A stretch of 63,804 nucleotides of DNA, filler included, from Reticulomyxa filosa (GCA_000512085.1; 24 parts of 24 records of this genome joined end to end with filler, not necessarily neighbours in it), one strand, 5' to 3'. Shown: positions 13,010-27,390, counted from the whole stretch's first letter. The notes: a model not told the origin generated them from the sequence alone. Program-made: numbers and translations.

Positions 13010-13813
13010 TGGGGACTCTCGTTTCAATGAATGGTATATCCGCTGGTGGACCCCAGGAGAGATTGAAATAAATTTTTGCGGACATGCAACATTAGTAGCT
13101 GCACATATATTATTTTCCCAAAATTTGATTTCAGACCCTAATGCAAGCATTGTGTTTCACACCAAAACCTCTGGAAATTTCCAAGTCTCAAAAATGGCGT
13201 CAAAGCGTACAGAAGGGTTTATCCCACCGTTTGCTTATTTTCTGGACTTTCCTGCGTTGATGAATGAGCCGATCCCAAAAGAGCAAAGAAACATAATGAC
13301 AAGCGCAGTGCTAAAGGCATTTGATCAACCCAATGAAAACAAACAAATAATTCAAGACATATTGACATCCGGCGAAGATCTATTAGTAGTGTTGTCGTAC
13401 AGTTCTTTGGAAGAATTGAAACGATTAAATCCGAATATAAGTGTTATGAAATCCAATGAAAGTTTGAACAAGTATCGATGCATTATCGTCACTTGTTTGA
13501 TTAACAAAGCGAGCAAAAGTAACTGCCCGTACGATTTCGTCTCGCGAGTATTTGGTCCAAATGTTGGCATTGACGAAGATCCGGTCACAGGAAGTGCGCA
13601 TAGCACCTTGGCTGTGTATTGGTCGCAACATCATTCGGTCGACAATCCCCTAGTCCCTGGCTGTTTGCTCATCAGGCACCCACGCGAGGGGGAGAAATCT
13701 ATGCTCGATTTGACAATGCAAAAAAACGAGTGTATTTAAATGGTGGCGCCGTTATCATGATGAAATGCGATATGTTCTTGCACAGCAACCATTTGACAAA
13801 AAGTAAACTTTGA
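13010..13813 (+). CDS. PhzF/PBLD-family isomerase, N-terminus missing, 1-nt frameshift near 13648
   Basis: IRWWTP.EINFCGHATL, FVSRVFGP..GIDEDPVTGSAH..LA.YW; after the shift AHQAPTRGGEI..RVYLNGGAV. Confidence 0.88.
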
Positions 13814-14169
13814 CGAATTTTACACTGAGAGATACTTTCAAAATTAAAAAAAGGAGTTTGCATATTGTTACTTTTTTTTTTTNNNNNNNNNNNNNNNNNN
13901 NNNNNNNNNNNNNNNNNNNNNNNNNNTTAATTAATTAANNNNNNNNNNNNNNNNNNNNNNNNNNNNNNNNNNNNNNNNNNNNTGTGTTTGTTCCATACAA
14001 ATGTTTATAGCAATAATTTTGTGATGCTCATCATCCAAAAACATAGAAAAAAACCAAAAAGCAATGCTTCACTTGGCAACGCTGTTGGATAAAGACACTG
14101 GCACGTAAAGAAACAGTAACAAATTTTTTTGGTTTGGCCTTTTCTTAATCATTGGACGTGCGTTAATCA

Positions 14170-15026
14170 ATGGCTCTGAAGTATCGCTTGAAAGTTTATT
14201 TTCGTACTTATGTGGATTTCTCACATTTGCAAAAGCCAGTCATTGAGCCTATTTTGACAGCCTCTGATCACGAGATTGTGGAAGGACTTGTGGTAAAAAT
14301 TGCGAACCTGTTTGGATTGGTAAAGCCCAAAGTTGATGCGAAATTGCATCAGTTGACATCGGGCTTATCCCCAAAAGTGCATGAATTGATATCGCAGCAA
14401 ATAAAAAAAATTGATTTGAAAACATTGGCTTCTTCCAATGCATCGTTGAGTGATGTGAAGCAACTGAAAGCGGTGCTCAAGAATGAAAAAATGGCACAAT
14501 TTGCCAATCAAATGATCCAATCGATGTTATTGAAACATCCAATTTTGTGTGAATTTGACATTCCAAATAACACCTTACAAATTAAATTTTCACCAGATAT
14601 GCTCAAAATGGTATTTCAAATGATGTCAAATTTAGGCTTGTTGGCAGGCCAAAAAAAAAGAAAGCAACAACTTCGCGAGAGAAAACATCAAAAAATGAGT
14701 TATCGATTAACCAAACGAAATCCTTTCCACTCAATTTTTTTGATAAAAACACATCTGCGAAAACTAACCCCGACCAGGTTCGGATCCACGCTACAGGGGT
14801 CCTACGTGAATCCAATCCTGAGTTGGTCATAAAAGTTGAGAAATTTCAGTCACTTTTGGATGAGTCCAAAAAAGTGAACTGGGACCAACTCCTCCAAAAA
14901 TATACGAATAACAAAGACCAAAAAAAAAGCGCTCCCAAACTTGAAGATGCGTTTGTAGCCCTTGAAATGAGTGATAAACACAAAGTCCGTGTTGATGGTT
15001 GGGTTTTGATAAGGGCTAGTCTTTGA
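14170..15026 (+). CDS. hypothetical protein with at least one homopolymer frameshift
   Basis: 220-aa ORF 14170-14832 overlapping a second coding-like ORF ending at 15026. No recognised motif. Confidence 0.5.
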
Positions 15027-15716
15027 AATCTCTTTTTCATTAGTATCCATTTATAATCAAGTGAAAAACGTTTCCTTTTTTTTTTAATAATTGAAAACTA
15101 AACAAGTATATAGTCTTTTTTTCCTCTCTTGTCATGAACAGACACTAAGCATCAGTATATTCTCGTTTTTTAAAATGCTTTGATGTTGTATATACTCCAA
15201 TTATAGTGATTATAGATACACTTTTGAATATTGAATAGAAAAACAAGTGTGAACGCAAGTTTTCCTTGGTTGATTTTTAAAAAAGTTTGTAAATAGTGAT
15301 CAAAATTTCAATCTTCCAATTGTAACAACCAAAATCATTCATTGTTTCTTTGGTATATCTTCAGATATGTGACTAAAAACCGCAACATTTCATTGAAAGA
15401 AAAATTAGTCTTCTTCTGGAATGTTTAACCAAATATTTGAAGTTTTAAAAAATATTTCAATGTACAAAAAAGCGGGGATTTAAAATCCGGCCGTAAGCTG
15501 AAGTAATATTAAAAAATAAGGATTTTTTAAAAGTCCAATTAAAAGAAGGTCTATAATCCTTACATTATTGACAGAGGAAAAAACGACACAATTTACGAGT
15601 CACACATGTACGATCAAAATTTAGAGTATGATACCAAATGTAAAGACCAGAAAGAGAAGAATAAACAAAGAACAGGAAAAAAAAAAAACACACACACACC
15701 AAGTACATCCAAGAGG

Positions 15717-17451
15717 CTAAATTTTATAGCCCGACTTTTTATTGTTTTGATGAGAAGATGGGATTGGTTCCTGGTTCCTATTGCGTTCTTCCTCTAATAT
15801 ATCCAATGCCTTTGCCTGCGTGGTGTTTGCATTTCCCTCACCGATCTCGTCGTCATCAGCAGCATTCGGTATGGCATTATCTGCAAACTGCTTTTGTGCC
15901 TCCTGTGCCTCTTCAAATATATTATTGAATGACTCTTCGTTTTCAGCACCATCAGAAGTCACGGTATCATAAAAACCAGCAGTTTCCCCTCCGACGATTA
16001 CCGCCGTGGTAGTATTTGGATTATCATCCTTTTATGCATACATACACACATGGATATGTATATATCAAAACGAAAGCATTAAGTATTAGTATTCTTATTA
16101 ATAAAGACATAAAAACATTAAATATATATTATTAGTAAATGTAAGTGAATAACGTATACACAAAGCGATAAGCCAAAACTGTGGTGCCGTTTCCTTCGAG
16201 TTCTGCATCTGGTCCTTCAGTAATATCAACACCATCGACAGTAGTGGCTCCATTATCTCCCTCGGTATCGCCAGGAGTGTTAGTGCCTACAGCTTGGATT
16301 TCATTGACGTTAATTTCTGCCGGACGTCTGTGTGAGCGTTTCGAGCATATGTAAGCGACTCCAATACATAAAAGGCAAGCCAGCACCGATATGACGATAG
16401 CCACAATCGAAATGATGAGCAAAGTGCTGGTCGTCTTGCCACCTACCACCGTTTGTATTTTGTGCGTTCCCATGAGCTGTCACAATTTATTTATTTTTTG
16501 GGATTATTCGAGAGTTGGAACAAAAAAAAAAAAAAACGTACACATATATGTACATATACATATATGAAAAAAAAAAAAAGATACCTGAAGGTACTGCTGT
16601 TGGTGATTGGACCGGATGTCGAGTGGGAGAGACGCTGGGCGACAGCGAAGGACTGGCTGTGGGAAAGAAAGTGGGACGACTCGAGGGACGAACAGAAGGC
16701 GCTTTGGAGGGAGTTCGGGTCGGATGGGACGTCGGGAACCGCGTTGGTGCAATTGTAGGGGGAGCGTTTGGACTGAACGTGGGGGTAATTGTGGGGGTCA
16801 TATGTCGGCGTCAACGTAGGGCCAGTAGGGACCGCTGTCGGAGATCGGCTTGGAGATCGCGAAGGAGCGAATGTTGGCTTGGGCGATGGGACCTTGGTTG
16901 GCAATCTCGACATCGTAGGGTGGGGCGTTGCGGGTCCCACCAACGGCGAAAATGTTGGCCTCAACGTAGGATCTTGTGTAGGATACTTCGTTGGTCTTCT
17001 TGTCGGCTTCTTTGTTGGCCTCCTTGTTGGCTTCTTTGTTGGCTTCGTTGTTGGCTTTTTGGTCGTTGGCTTTTTTGTTGGCATCTTTGTTGGCACTTTC
17101 GTCGGCGCTTTCGTCGGCATTTTCGTTGGCACTGTTGGCGTTGCTGTCGGTCGTTGTGTTGGTTTTTTCGTCGGGCTTGGAGTTGGAATTGGCGTGTAAG
17201 ACGATGGACTATTGTTTATGCAATGATATACGGTTTTATCATCCAAATCTACCAACAACATATATATGCATATGTATATGTATATGTACATATTATATTT
17301 GTAATATGTATATTGTGTTTATTTATGTGTGTATGTGTGTGAGCGTGCTCACCATGACACCTCGGAATATTTGTGCATAAATGTCGTTCCGCTTACAGTA
17401 AAACAATGATGATTTGTCATTGAGGGATATGATAGGTCGAAAATCACTGAA

Positions 17452-17452
<1 letters not shown>
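15717..17452 (-). CDS. 5'-partial type I membrane protein with Pro/Thr-rich (PTxxPT) stalk and acidic cytoplasmic tail
   Basis: (PTKK/PTRR)n repeats ~16590-17200, TM segment LLIISIVAIVISVLACLLCIGVAYIC then KRSHRR, several introns, frameshift near 16800. Confidence 0.8.
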
Positions 17453-17491
<39 letters not shown>

Positions 17492-17591
17492 NNNNNNNNN
17501 NNNNNNNNNNNNNNNNNNNNNNNNNNNNNNNNNNNTTAATTAATTAANNNNNNNNNNNNNNNNNNNNNNNNNNNNNNNNNNNNNNNNNNNN

Positions 17592-17736
17592 TCACTACGT
17601 AATGCACCTGATGCAAGTATCTCTTCGAATTCGATGGACACTTGTCTTGCGCTTTTTTCACTGATTGCATATATTTTCGCGCGTTCTCCTCTTCTGGCGT
17701 TGGCTTGTGTTGTAACAGTTGTGCTGCTCCTGCCAT
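17592..17736 (-). CDS. hypothetical protein N-terminus, truncated
   Basis: ATG-started ORF MAGAAQLLQHKPTPEEENARKYMQ running into the linker. Confidence 0.35.
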
Positions 17737-18789
17737 TATTTACTTTTTTTTTTTTTTTTTTTTGGTTTTTTGCTTGATGCAACAAGTTATATTATTAAAC
17801 AAACAAACAAACAAAAAGAGTTCTTTTTTTTGTTAAGTGTTAAAACACCTTTCAATTTGCTCTGTTATTTCTGTGCCGATTGGCTTTTCTTGGGCCTTGT
17901 TGGGATTAGGCTCGTCCACTATCTTTTTGCTCTCATCGACAACAACTAGGCTTGGGCCTCACTGCCTATCATGTTTCAATACAGATTGCAAACAAAAAAG
18001 ACCTGATTATTATCTCAAAATGAACCCGTTCGTTTATCCCTTTTAAAAAAAAAATTTCGGATTTCAAGGCGTTGAAGGTAGGGAAGAGTAGCTTCTAAGT
18101 CATTATACTTCTGAAAATGCTCCTTATTTTCCTTGTTTTAAACTCTTTCCACTAAGTCTCGGACAAATAGTGCAAGATTTCAAAGAGATGACCAAACATG
18201 CTTCACGCATTCTCCACATTCATAATGTTCTTACCTTTGACCACTAGAATTGTATTATTGTAGAGCAATTTTAGATAGTTAATGAAATTAACAAACGTTG
18301 AATTGTTTCATATAAGCAAATTAACATAATGCCTTTAATTTTTCAAAGTTAAAAGCTCGTTTATGATCCAGTTTCAGTTGCACAATCTTCAGCTTATTTA
18401 ATATTGCACAAGCAACCTCAAATCCAAAATTCCAAAATGCCATTCTCCTGAGAAAATCAACAAAACTGAAAAAATTTGAAATAATACACTACATTACAAA
18501 ATATACACAATGCTATTTTTTAGATTAAATTTCCTACTTTTGGGTCAAAAAAGAAGTCTGTTTCAATTTAAAAATAACACTTTGAGTTTTTTTGATTAGA
18601 TTTACCAAAATGTTGAATAAAAATAGCCAATGCTTCCTCATGTATGAATAGTGAGGAGACTAAGTGTAATACGAAAGGAAACTTAGTTCNNNNNNNNNNN
18701 NNNNNNNNNNNNNNNNNNNNNNNNNNNNNNNNNTTAATTAATTAANNNNNNNNNNNNNNNNNNNNNNNNNNNNNNNNNNNNNNNNNNNN

Positions 18790-18824
<35 letters not shown>

Positions 18825-18849
18825 CAATGCTTTACTTGCAACGTATACA

Positions 18850-19449
18850 GAAAAGATAAGTCGCTTAGAAAAAGAAAATAACACGTTGACATCGCAGATT
18901 TACATGGAAGAGCAAAAACGCAAAAACTCGAACGCGCAGGTTTCAGCGACAATGTTCCAAAAAATACTTTTGCTAGAACAAGACAAAGAGTTGGAGAAAA
19001 AGAGGTACGAAGAGCAAATTGAACAGCTGAGACAACAGTTGAACGAGATCACGGTCAGTGCTCCTCGTCGTGCGAGTGAACTTCACAGATCCATGTTCCA
19101 ATCTTTGCTGGATGCAGAAGCTGATTATAACACTGCCAAGTTCGAATGGCGACACAAAGAAAGCTTGTTGGACAATCAACAGACGCAGCTCAAAGGAGAA
19201 CTGGAACAACTTAAACAGGAGCATCACAAACATTTGCAACAGTGTACTCAATCCATTTCCTCTTTGCAGTCACAACATCAGGTTCAATTGGACCAGTTAC
19301 AGCTTCTGCACAATCAATCCAAACTTGAAATTTCTCTTCTTAAACAGCACATCTCGCATTTGGAAAACTCAAAACTACTTTTACTCCAACAGTGTAGCCA
19401 ACAAATCAATTTTTTGCGTTCTGCCGTATCAGTCATGAATCGACAATGA
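18850..19449 (+). CDS. 3' exon of a coiled-coil protein
   Basis: Q/L/E-rich heptad ORF following an (AAT)n intron ending in CAG. Confidence 0.55.
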   Translation, partial: EKISRLEKENNTLTSQIYMEEQKRKNSNAQVSATMFQKILLLEQDKELEKKRYEEQIEQLRQQLNEITVSAPRRASELHRSMFQSLLDAEADYNTAKFEWRHKESLLDNQQTQLKGELEQLKQEHHKHLQQCTQSISSLQSQHQVQLDQLQLLHNQSKLEISLLKQHISHLENSKLLLLQQCSQQINFLRSAVSVMNRQ

Positions 19450-19822
19450 AATTAATACTCGTTCCATCACAAATATTGTTCCGATACAAACACAATAATA
19501 CATTTCTATCCATAGGCAAAACAAAAATTAAAACAATAATAAGTGCTGGGAATCTTTTCCTTGACACAAAAGAGATCGTGACTTTGTTGTTGCTTGTATA
19601 ATCGTGCTTTTTTTTCCTTGTTGATGGGTGTAACTCAAACATTTTTTTTTTTGAAAAATTTTCGTCCTCGATTTTACAGTTCACAATATTCTTATTTGTA
19701 ATTGCTAAAACTTACAACGATTTTCATTTACGTCAGAGCATTCTATTTCCAACTTTTGATAATATTTTGAACGGAACTTTTTTTGCCATATATCTATATC
19801 TATACTAGACCTGAAGAATAAG

Positions 19823-21597
<1,775 letters not shown>

Positions 21598-21975
21598 TAC
21601 TTTTTGTTTTGCGTTCAATCGGCGCTGCCGGACACTCACGCCAAGAACAGAACAGGCCAATTCAAATATTTTTTGCGACTATTCTAATGATAAAAGTTTT
21701 TTGTTTAAATCTGAAGTTTTGCGGTTTATTCAAAACATTGCAATTTAATCTACGCTACCAAAAAGATCAAGGACTAACTCATATGATATCTTAATTAACA
21801 AATCATATCTTCCTACTTCTCAAAACGTATAAAAAACATTTTAATGACATCAGTGATTTAAATACTAAAGCAAAAAGTGAGTACGAAACACTAAAAAAAC
21901 ACGAACCAAGCAAAATTAAATAAACATTTCAAACCATTAATTGCTTTTTCAAGAATGATCACCAAAAACAACAAC

Positions 21976-22092
21976 AAAAAAAAAAAAGCTGAAAGGAAAA
22001 AGCGAAAATAAAAATATATATCAGGCGGCACCATGTGCCGCCTGATAAATATTTTTCTTTTTGCTTTTTGTTTTCAGCTTTTTTTTTTTTTT
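21976..22092. repeat. ~115-bp imperfect palindrome, copy 1
   Basis: Core TATCAGGCGGCAC-CAT-GTGCCGCCTGATA (22019-22047), with an A-rich left arm and a complementary T-rich right arm. Confidence 0.9.
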
Positions 22093-23085
22093 AGATGAAC
22101 TTCGAAAAAGGGGACATTATGAATGAACTTTTTGAACATATAGTTTTTCTTTTAGATGAATTTCGAGATTGTCAAAATTTAATTTGTCATTAATGTGTTA
22201 GAATTGCAGTATGTTGCAAAGAAAACTGAACGACTAAAACATATCTTANNNNNNNNNNNNNNNNNNNNNNNNNNNNNNNNNNNNNNNNNNNNTTAATTAA
22301 TTAANNNNNNNNNNNNNNNNNNNNNNNNNNNNNNNNNNNNNNNNNNNNTCAAATGATTGCAATACTAATATGATTTACAAAAATATAAACATAACACCAA
22401 TTTTTCATTTTTGCTTAAACTTTATATATCATCAATTTCACTTTTTTCTAATTATGATAATTAGAATTTAAGTATTTCAAAAATTGTTATTGAACGTTCA
22501 AATTTTGTTTTATGAAAATAATAAAGAAAAAATTTAATTATATGTGCAAATAACGTTGATTTTAAGGATTCTACAAATAATAAAATATATAGATCCTGAA
22601 TTTTATTTTCTCATTGACTCTAATATACAAATTGTAATGACTACAAGTGATATAATTGCAATTAATTGATATGAAAAAAAAAAATTAAGCATAGTTTATA
22701 ATAAAATTTTGCATATTTGAAATTCTGCATAATACACATTTATACAGTATAATGCAAAAAAAAGTTAACTAAAATTGCACTTTATTAATATAATGAATTT
22801 TTTTAATGAAAAAACAATATATAACATAAAAAGACAACATGAAGTACAAATAACACTTATTCAATTCCAAATTCATAAAAAAAAAAATTTCAATGCAGCG
22901 TTGAGCAAATATAAAGTAATAGCAGTCTAACTTTGTCAAAAATCAAAGTTATTTCACCAGAATTTCACCAATCAATTCAAAATAATTTGTTCTACGTCCT
23001 GAATTGGTTTGGACTTCAATTTTCTTTTTCTTTTTTAATCTTTGAAAATAGTAGTCATTTTTTATATATTTTGATGTGTTTGTTA

Positions 23086-24560
23086 TTTGTTAAAAGTTGA
23101 CGTCAGTTTCTGTTGTGGTAACATTACCGCGAATGCAGAAGCTTACAATTCCAGATCTGGAGACTTCTATCAAATTCAAAGGAAATGAAGACACAAAACA
23201 GCAAATTGCTTCCTTTGCCCATGCCTCCTTTATTTCAGCACACATCAGCAATTTTAATTCGAATCACCCTACCGGAAAATCGCAGATTTCTTCAAAAACT
23301 TTGCCAGATAAACAAAAATTCCATAACATCGACCCCTGATTTTTCAAACGTATCGTTGATCGCCGATCAAATAATACAACAACAATACATTTCCAGCCTA
23401 GTGCAACACAGAAACTTATACACACCGGAAGCGCAGAACAAAAGCATTAATAAAAACCATCCTACCGCATCTTCGCAATCGCAACCAAAACTAAAACAAA
23501 ACAAAAAACATACATCACCTCCCCCTAGAGTCTTACCTTTATAATCTAGATGCGAATTTGTCATCGCAAAATCCTTCCATTCATTGAATGGACAAATTAC
23601 AGATATTTGCAAGGCTTAAATGTCACGACTTTCAAAAAGATAGCCCCAAGAACATACACAATAATAGCATTTCTTTTCCTTTAAAACACACAGATAACAA
23701 CACTTTCGAATTTTCCAACGTCTTTCCATCATCTTTGGATAACAAATATGTTAGTAACACAATTCTGCAGCCATACATAGACAAAATTATAAAATGTCAT
23801 AACGTATTAGTAATAGCATATGGACACTCGGACAGTGGGAAAACATTTTCGATCATTCGCACACTGCACAGTTATTTTGAGAACCCCGAATTCCACCTCA
23901 TTCTTCAATTCCGCCTAGGAATGGAAATCGCCACAAGTACAATTTGCCACTGAAGAACCGAATGTCCAGCCATAACGAATCCTCATGGAGACCACGCCTT
24001 ACATTGCAAATATGGCAAAGGCCGCATATCCAGACACGACAAAACAGTATCGTGAATCTCCAACTTCCTCAGAAGAGCAGGCATATCACACCAAGTCGAA
24101 CCTCGCATAGCTGCCGAGCACAAAAGAAGACCAGCCGATTTGGCAATGAAATGGTTTGAACATGAATACGATATAACCTTCTTCGATGCCTGCGTGACCC
24201 ACATAATGATTGAAGGCAGCGCCCAACTTGTCTCCAGGCGGCGCAAAATTATTTCGAGTCCAAAAATAGAAGGCACAAACAAGCGAGTCGTCGTTGCGGT
24301 GCAAAGTACATTCTATTGATCACTGAGACCACGGTGGCTGGCATCAAGAGACCAAAAACTTTCTCCGTTCTTTCTGCCAAGCACTAGCAAATAAAGAAAG
24401 AATATCAATTTATAGAGCCAAACAAATGATATGTCGAGCACTAAGTGTCGCCCTCCAAAAGGGTAATGCCTTAGGATTAGTTACGCACTGCAAATGAGCA
24501 AATCCGGTTATATTATCAAAGAGTGACCAGTAAATAGTAATTGCCAAAATCCCGTAGACA
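23086..24560 (+). mobile_element. decayed CRE-like non-LTR retrotransposon copy 1: N-terminal ORF, kinesin-motor fragment, CCHC knuckle, restriction-like endonuclease; RT absent
   Basis: QFRLG..C....C...GDHALHC..RHD..VEP..RRPADL..FDACVTH..ET.GGW..LSVALQKGNA, ending TGA 24495-24497. Colinear with copy 2 at both ends. Confidence 0.8.
23588..23855 (+). pseudogene. kinesin motor domain N-terminal fragment (beta1 to P-loop) inside the retroelement
   Basis: KLQIFARLK..TFEFSNVF..ILQPYIDKIIKCHNVLVIAYGHSDSGKTFSI compared with the kinesin consensus IxVxxRxR..FxFDxVF..PxVxxxLxGYNxTIFAYGQTGSGKTYTM. Confidence 0.8.
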
Positions 24561-25018
24561 TAACAAGTACGAAGAAAAGGCACGAAATAACGATATTTAA
24601 CTTAAACACCATTAACAATTGGATGGTATAAGAAAACATTGAAGTGTAAGTGTTGACAATTGTCACTAACGCAAAGTGTAAAGTTTAATTTTTTGGGAAG
24701 AGAAAAGCAAATCAAATTTTCGTTTATCTTATTTAAGTTTACATTTAAACATGGCATCACTCTCGCCAATTTGCTAAAAAAAAAAGGAAAAATTGGAACT
24801 AGACCCTTTTTAAGTTACTATTCAATTCATCATAATTTTATTTTTGTGTTTTTCAATTAAAAAATGTATTATTATTTATTCATTTGTTGTTATTGAATAT
24901 TTTATGAAATCAATTAAAATTATATGGTGGTTCAGTTTTTTTGTCTTTTGGTGACAAACTACAAAGACTTGTTGCGTACTAGCTTTTCTTTTTGTAGCTA
25001 TAAGTAAAGTTTTGCTCT

Positions 25019-27390
25019 TTTGTTAAAAGTTGACGTCAGTTTCTGTTATGGTAACATTACCGCGAATGCAAAAGCTTACACCTCCAGACTTAGTGGCGCT
25101 TCTCAAATTCAAAAAAACCGAAGAAACACACAACAACAATCTGCTCTCTTTGCCTTTGCCTTCCTTGTCTCAGCCCAAACTCATCAACAACAACCCGAAC
25201 CGCCCTACAGAGAAATTACAACAAATCTCTGGGCATTCACCAAAAGACAAGACATCTTTGCTTCAACCATTTTAAACATCAATGAAATCGGTCCAATCAA
25301 TGCCTGAAAGTCGCCACCAAACTTCGATTTCAAAATGTATCACAAATTGCCGACCAAGTCATACAGCAACGGTACATTTGCTGCACAGGACAGCTCGACA
25401 ATATGCGTACACCAGAAACACACAATACAAGCAATATCGTAAATAAATTTCGCCAGATCGCAACTTCCAACAAAAAACACTCACATCATCCGCCCTTCGA
25501 ATCTTACCTTTGTAGTCCATACGCAGATCTATCTTCGCAGAATCCTCTCCAAGATCTAAAAGAGGCCCATCGCATATGGCGCGAGACTAATAGCAGTATC
25601 CAAACCAAAAGTCTCACCAAGGCCTATTGCGATTTGCTCACTACTTCGCTGTTCCGCCGCTATCCTGGTAAGAAGGTACGCCAATGATCTCAAAAGTATA
25701 TTTGGCCACAAGCAATTTGGTATAAATACCCCCAAGTGTATTGAACTGTTTTCACACAGCTTCAAAGCAACTATTCGCACATAAATTTGACTACTGGAGC
25801 TTTGGCTGTTAAAATTGACTTCCGAAATGCTTTCAACACCATCCCCGACATGAACTCATTGAATTATTGAACATGAAAATACCGCTATTGTCTGCATATG
25901 TAAACAAGTGCTACGGAGATCACTAGCCTTTATTCCTACCTAGAGGAGCCATTATACATTCATGTACAGGCGTTCATCAGTGGGCACTCTTTGCAATTGT
26001 ACTCGCGGACGCATTGAAATTAGCCTTCAAAAACATCAGCAACGTGTAGTTCGCAGATTTCACGATGATCTGGTAATATCCGCAAACAACTCATTAACAG
26101 TAACATCGGCGATCGAAAACATGGCCCTTCTGCAGAAGTCGCATGGCCTCGAAATAGACATTGACAAATGCAAGTTGATTGCGGAAACAGCGATCAATCC
26201 GCTCGCTGAGCTCGCCAGAATGAAAAATAACCAATTTCAATACCACGCTCGTCAGCGATACAACTGGGCCAGAAGATTTGACGGTAAATTAAAGAGTGTC
26301 ACCAAAGCAATTACCAACAAGCCACTCACAGAATTCCAAAGGTCCAATGGTAACTGCCAATCAGGTCTGGTGGCCTTGGCTTGCGCACGTTCAAACATTT
26401 TTCCAGCGCCGCCTTCATCGCCTCTTCTGTTAATGACAGTTTAACATTACCTACTATCTAATGTCCTATCGGCAACTGCTGGATTTGCCAAGTCGAATTC
26501 AATAACGCAATCTTTCAACATAATTAAAATGTATCCGCACACAAAAATTTCGTCAATCAGGCTGCCCTATTCAACAACCATACTTTCAAAACATATCATT
26601 AACATACATTAATTATACTGAGACAGAATTCATCATATAGACATAATAAGCTATTAGCTTCGCTGTCAGTCAATCAAGCATCGTCGTACCCCCAACAAAT
26701 TCCTGTGCAGCCTTTTTGAGAATCAGGAGCTATCATCAATCATACAATTCCGGCTTGGAATGGTAGTCGCTTTAAATACAAAATGTAGTTGAAAGCCTGA
26801 TTGCAAGTCAATAATGGACCCTACGGTGATTACGCATTACATTGCAAATATGGTAAAAATCGTATCTTATGTCACGACAATTGATGTCGTGTATTTCCAA
26901 TCTTTTAAAAAAAGCCTGCATTGCCCTCCAGATTGAACCTTGTATATATGATGACAGAAGAAAAAGGCCAGTGGATATTGTGATGACCACGATTATGACA
27001 TGTCCCTTTTTGGTGTAGGGATTACACACTTCACAGCCAACGACCATCGTCCCAATTATCTCCACTCTGCACAGACATACTTCGACACTAAAAATAGAAG
27101 AAACAACAAGCAATTAACCAAAGCGGAGCAGAATATATATCATTAATTGTAGAACCTGCCGGGGGTTGGCACCAGTAGGCCAAGAAATTTTTCTATGTAC
27201 TAGGCCAGTCCCTGCCAACAAAGAAAGAATGACCTAGACAAAGCCAAGGAGACAATATATCGAGCAACAAGCATTACTCTCCAAAAGGGAAACGCTCTTG
27301 CATTGATCACACTGCAATTAGTCAAATTCCAATATTAAGTTAAAGTTCCACAATAGATAACGGACAGCGACAACTCAAAATACCAATAGC
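25019..27390 (+). mobile_element. decayed CRE-like non-LTR retrotransposon copy 2: N-terminal ORF, reverse transcriptase, CCHC knuckle, REL endonuclease
   Basis: GARLIAVSKP..PRPIAI (25578-25635), QFG, KIDFRNAFNTI (~25811-25843), TGVHQ, FHDD (~26058-26069), GLEIDIDKC, QFRLG, ALHC, IEP, RPVDI, LQKGNA. Many stops and frameshifts. Confidence 0.85.

Noticed and set aside
16515-17342. Long plus-strand V/G-rich ORFs (similar cases at 6751-7338, 31238-31966, 32404-33108)
   Set aside because: Shadows of repetitive or low-complexity coding sequence on the opposite strand.
23104-23125. CAGTTTCTGT..G|GT resembling a trypanosome spliced-leader exon as retroelement target
   Set aside because: Only a 10-nt match, no Sm site or SL structure visible, and the host is unrelated to trypanosomes.
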